From: an uncultured Candidatus Saccharibacteria bacterium
GTDB lineage: Bacteria > Patescibacteriota > Minisyncoccia > Phycocordibacterales > UBA9973
DNA: 64,000 nt
NCBI GenBank assembly: GCA_964622505.1
Contig: CAZUQJ010000002.1
Coordinates: forward strand, 71,905 to 135,904
Direction of reading: 5' to 3'
Under the pieces are notes generated by a model. The model had not been told where the DNA came from. It did not search any database and saw only the letters and a program-made list of their open reading frames with translations. The position numbers were made by a program, and so were the translations under genes. Below are positions 60,717-64,000 of the stretch, one piece after another (positions within the stretch are counted from its first letter, which is position 1; every line of letters starts with the position of its first letter).

Positions 60717-60946
60717 GATATTAGCGATTAGTTTAGAAAAGACCCTTGTAAAATCTACTCTAAACTAACCACTAATACATGTCGAAACTTCTATTATCAA
60801 TGTACAGACAGTACTTAAATATATTATAGTATAGATATCTAGACTATGTCAACAAATTCAAGGTAGTTATCCACAGGTCCGATTTTGGCCTTATTTTAGA
60901 GGATATTTCCTTGCTCGCAGACTTGTATATATAGTATAATAATAAA

Positions 60947-62587
60947 ATGAAATTTAAGTTCTCAACATTGGCAAAAATCTCTATAATCGCCTTTTCTTTT
61001 GCTATTTTTCTACTATCTCCGAGTTATGTAAAAGCTGGGGCTGACGACAACGTCTTTGGCTCTGCTTGGAGCAACAATGTGGGCTGGATTACCTTCAATA
61101 GCTGTACAAACCCGACCCCAAACTATATTGGGACTAGTTGTGGTTCTGTAGATTACGGTGTTCATTTCGACAAAACAACTTTGGAAGTCAAAGGTCACGC
61201 TTGGAGTGACAATGTAGGCTGGATTAGCTTCAATCCTAGTGATTGGGGAGGCACTTGCTCTCCTTCGGGAGCATCTTGCAGTGGTTTCAAAAATAAATGG
61301 CAATCTGGTGGCTGGGCACGTGTTGTCTCTGCTAAATCCGGGACAAATACTGGAGGATTTGACGGATGGATCTCGCTTGGAGGATCAAATTATGAAGCAC
61401 CTTTTGATACAAGTACAGAGATTTCAGCTTCAATGCCGGCAGACTATGTCGACAATGACATCTATACAATCAAGACATCTGCCAATGGTTTTTGGTGGGG
61501 TTCGGAAGTTGTAGGGTGGATCGATCTGAAGCGGACCAGTAGTTATGACCCAGCTGACGGAGGAATATTCTTGGTAGATCTCTCTACCGACACGCTTGAG
61601 CTGACATCAAGTGCTACCGACAACACTGTAGTGGCCGGAGATCTTGTAGATAATATACACTGGAAAGCCACAGGTTTTGTACCAACAGAATGTATAGGTA
61701 CAATGTTCGACAGCAAAGGCAAGCCGATCCTCAACGATGATTGGAATGACACATTTACTTACTCTACTGTAACAGAAGGAGATATAGGTCCGATCGAAGT
61801 GCCATACGATTTCCCAAACAATGCAAAGAAAATCGCAACAAAATTTACCTTACTTTGTAAAAATACGGTAAAGAGTGCGGCGCAAACTATTACTATCTAT
61901 GCTGAGCCACTAAATGTTTTCTTGAAGGCTACCAACATGTGTGCCTCGGGTGGTACAGCCAAGCTAGAATGGTATGCAGATGGCAATACAAATCAATTTT
62001 GTGAGATAGAGGCCACTCCAGCCTCAGGTGGGTCAGGTCCTTATACAGTAGCAGTAACAGGCACATCTCCAGGAACAGCAGACGACACGGACTTTGGCAC
62101 CAACCAAGGTAGTGGGCCGACAAGCTATGTACTATCTTGCGTGAATGGAACAGGGACATATCAGGATCCTATCCCTGCCAAGACAACAAGTACCGTAAAG
62201 GTAAAAGAATGTACTTCAGATTACACAGTGGGATACAGCCCCAATTGTCAGCCATTTACTCTCGTGGGCACCTCGTACGAAGCAACCGTAGAGCTCAGTG
62301 TAACTCCACAGTCTGGCTTTACTGATGATGTGACAGTATCCGACGGAGGAGGCCTCGGGTCATGGACATTTAGCACGTCGGATAAATTTACTTACACCTC
62401 CCCAAATTTCTCAAAAGTAGATGCAACACTAACACTCTCTAAACTCGAGTATAGTTCTATCAACTGGAGCTTGGCATTTACCAGAGATGCACTTTTTGAT
62501 GCAGTGGGCTTGTCCACAAAAACTGAATCGATTAAATTCTGTGAGTCAGGCACAAAGCTTGTTAAACCAAAATACGTTCCATTCTAA
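60947..62587 (+). CDS. Secreted surface protein with GxAWSxNVGWI(S/T)F repeats
   Basis: Signal peptide, repeated GxAWS/GWIS motifs, Ig-like C-terminal half ending in YVPF. Confidence 0.75.
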   Translation: MKFKFSTLAKISIIAFSFAIFLLSPSYVKAGADDNVFGSAWSNNVGWITFNSCTNPTPNYIGTSCGSVDYGVHFDKTTLEVKGHAWSDNVGWISFNPSDWGGTCSPSGASCSGFKNKWQSGGWARVVSAKSGTNTGGFDGWISLGGSNYEAPFDTSTEISASMPADYVDNDIYTIKTSANGFWWGSEVVGWIDLKRTSSYDPADGGIFLVDLSTDTLELTSSATDNTVVAGDLVDNIHWKATGFVPTECIGTMFDSKGKPILNDDWNDTFTYSTVTEGDIGPIEVPYDFPNNAKKIATKFTLLCKNTVKSAAQTITIYAEPLNVFLKATNMCASGGTAKLEWYADGNTNQFCEIEATPASGGSGPYTVAVTGTSPGTADDTDFGTNQGSGPTSYVLSCVNGTGTYQDPIPAKTTSTVKVKECTSDYTVGYSPNCQPFTLVGTSYEATVELSVTPQSGFTDDVTVSDGGGLGSWTFSTSDKFTYTSPNFSKVDATLTLSKLEYSSINWSLAFTRDALFDAVGLSTKTESIKFCESGTKLVKPKYVPF

Positions 62588-62603
62588 TTTTGAAATAATG
62601 TGT

Positions 62604-62650
62604 CACACAAAAAATCCTCCTGAGCTTGTCGAAGGAGGATTTTTTGTGTG
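62604..62650. terminator. Terminator hairpin with a TGAGCTTGTCGAA element in the loop
   Basis: CACACAAAAAATCCTCC...GGAGGATTTTTTGTGTG. Confidence 0.75.
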
Positions 62651-62684
62651 AATATTTGTTCGTCGTATGATATAATTTAATCAT

Positions 62685-64000
62685 ATGCAAGTTGATGATA
62701 CAAAAATGCTCGATCTCATACGCGATTCCAATCTTGTAAGCAAGGCGGACTTAGATGATGCTCTCAAAAAATCAAAAGAATCAGGGACTCAAGTCGGACA
62801 GATCCTAGTAAGTGCAGGCAAGCTGACTGAAAAAGATTTCCGCAACATGGAAGCACTGGTTCTGGGTATCCCTTTTATAAGTTTGAAAGATGAAAAGATC
62901 GAGTTCACTGTCTTGTCACTGATCCCAGAACCGATTGCCCGCAAGAACAATATCATTGCTTACAAAAAAACTCCGACAACACTCGAGGTCGCCATGCTCG
63001 ATGTTGAGGATTTGTCAGTTATTGATTTTATAAAGAAAAAAGTCGGTTTGAAAATTCTACCACGCCTTACCACTAGCGACTCTATCAAAGGAGCATTGGC
63101 TCAGTACAAAAAGACACTCGAGGCCGACTTCGAAGATATAATTAAAAAGGAATCCGGATCACTTAAGACGCTGACTGACCAGACGACAGATGAAGGTAAG
63201 AGTGAAAAAGAATTGAAAGAATTGGCCGAAGACCTGCCGATCATCAAGATTGTGGAGACACTAATTTCGCACGCGATCTTGCAAAATGCATCTGATGTGC
63301 ACATTGAGCCCTGCGAGGATAAAGTAGTAGTAAGATATCGCATCGATGGAATCTTGCACGACGCCATGACACTGCCGAAAGAAACTGCTCCGGGTATAAC
63401 AGCTCGTATCAAAGTTCTTTCAAATTTGAAACTCGATGAAAAGCGTTTACCACAAGACGGGCGTTTCAAAATGGAAAACGACCAAGGCAGAGTTTCCTTC
63501 CGTGTTTCTACGCTACCAACATACTATGGAGAAAAGACCGTCATGCGTATCCTCCACGAGGATGCAAAAGGATTTTCTCTCGAGGGTCTTGGGTTCCACG
63601 GCGAAGCACTGGAGCGAATACACGATTCGATGAAGCAACGCATAGGTATGATACTCGCTACTGGACCTACGGGGTCTGGTAAGACAACCACACTATATAC
63701 TATGCTCGATATCCTCAATACCCCAGATGTAAATATTTCTACCATTGAAGACCCGATTGAATATCAAATGCCACGTATCAATCAAACTCAAACTAAATCT
63801 GAAATCGGCCTGACCTTTGCCAACGGGCTCCGTACACTACTGCGTCAGGACCCAGATATTATCATGGTGGGAGAGGTCCGTGATGGAGAAACAGCATCAC
63901 TCTCGATCAATGCTGCTCTTACAGGACACTTGGTGTTGTCTACTATCCACACCAACTCAGCATCAGGCGCTATCCCACGTATGATCGACATGGGAGTAGA
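62685..64000 (+). CDS. pilB: PilB/GspE-family type IV pilus assembly ATPase (3' truncated by the window edge)
   Basis: Read by hand: MQVDD..., ASDVHIEP, RYRIDG, LPQDGR, GPTGSGKTTTLY, TIEDPIEY, LRQDPDIIMVGEVRD, TGHLVLSTIHTN. Confidence 0.92.
   Translation, partial: MQVDDTKMLDLIRDSNLVSKADLDDALKKSKESGTQVGQILVSAGKLTEKDFRNMEALVLGIPFISLKDEKIEFTVLSLIPEPIARKNNIIAYKKTPTTLEVAMLDVEDLSVIDFIKKKVGLKILPRLTTSDSIKGALAQYKKTLEADFEDIIKKESGSLKTLTDQTTDEGKSEKELKELAEDLPIIKIVETLISHAILQNASDVHIEPCEDKVVVRYRIDGILHDAMTLPKETAPGITARIKVLSNLKLDEKRLPQDGRFKMENDQGRVSFRVSTLPTYYGEKTVMRILHEDAKGFSLEGLGFHGEALERIHDSMKQRIGMILATGPTGSGKTTTLYTMLDILNTPDVNISTIEDPIEYQMPRINQTQTKSEIGLTFANGLRTLLRQDPDIIMVGEVRDGETASLSINAALTGHLVLSTIHTNSASGAIPRMIDMGV

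Overview
This is a 64 kb AT-rich chromosomal segment of a bacterium using genetic code 11. By inference it belongs to Patescibacteria/CPR (Parcubacteria-like): trigger factor lacks an FKBP domain, Cys-rich zinc-ribbon proteins occur in several copies, surface proteins carry GxAWS repeats or are Gly-rich next to a PilB/GspE ATPase, and many starts are near-leaderless. Housekeeping genes include pnp, rpsO, glmS, kbl/tdh, a Xer-type recombinase, xth, a CCA enzyme, HU, rnpB, rny, clpP, tig, ppa, nusA and four tRNAs. They are interspersed with solo accessory genes, most with their own sigma70 promoter. Main observations: (1) a TrpR/YerC (HisR-like) repressor whose own C-terminal His-His-His codons sit at the stall position of a complete 1:2/2:3/3:4 attenuator, with tandem operators over its promoter, upstream of a methyltransferase and an aromatic-amino-acid-hydroxylase homolog; (2) accessory proteins with Bacteroidota-type trafficking signals (T9SS CTD, lipoprotein signal); (3) a two-copy covarying three-way-junction RNA motif ahead of kbl and clpP; (4) an anti-tRNA element behind tRNA-Pro; (5) a cluster of parS-like sites, several written in-frame into proteins; (6) a threonine-to-acetyl-CoA module linked to amino-sugar genes. 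All calls come from reading the sequence by eye; no database searches were run.
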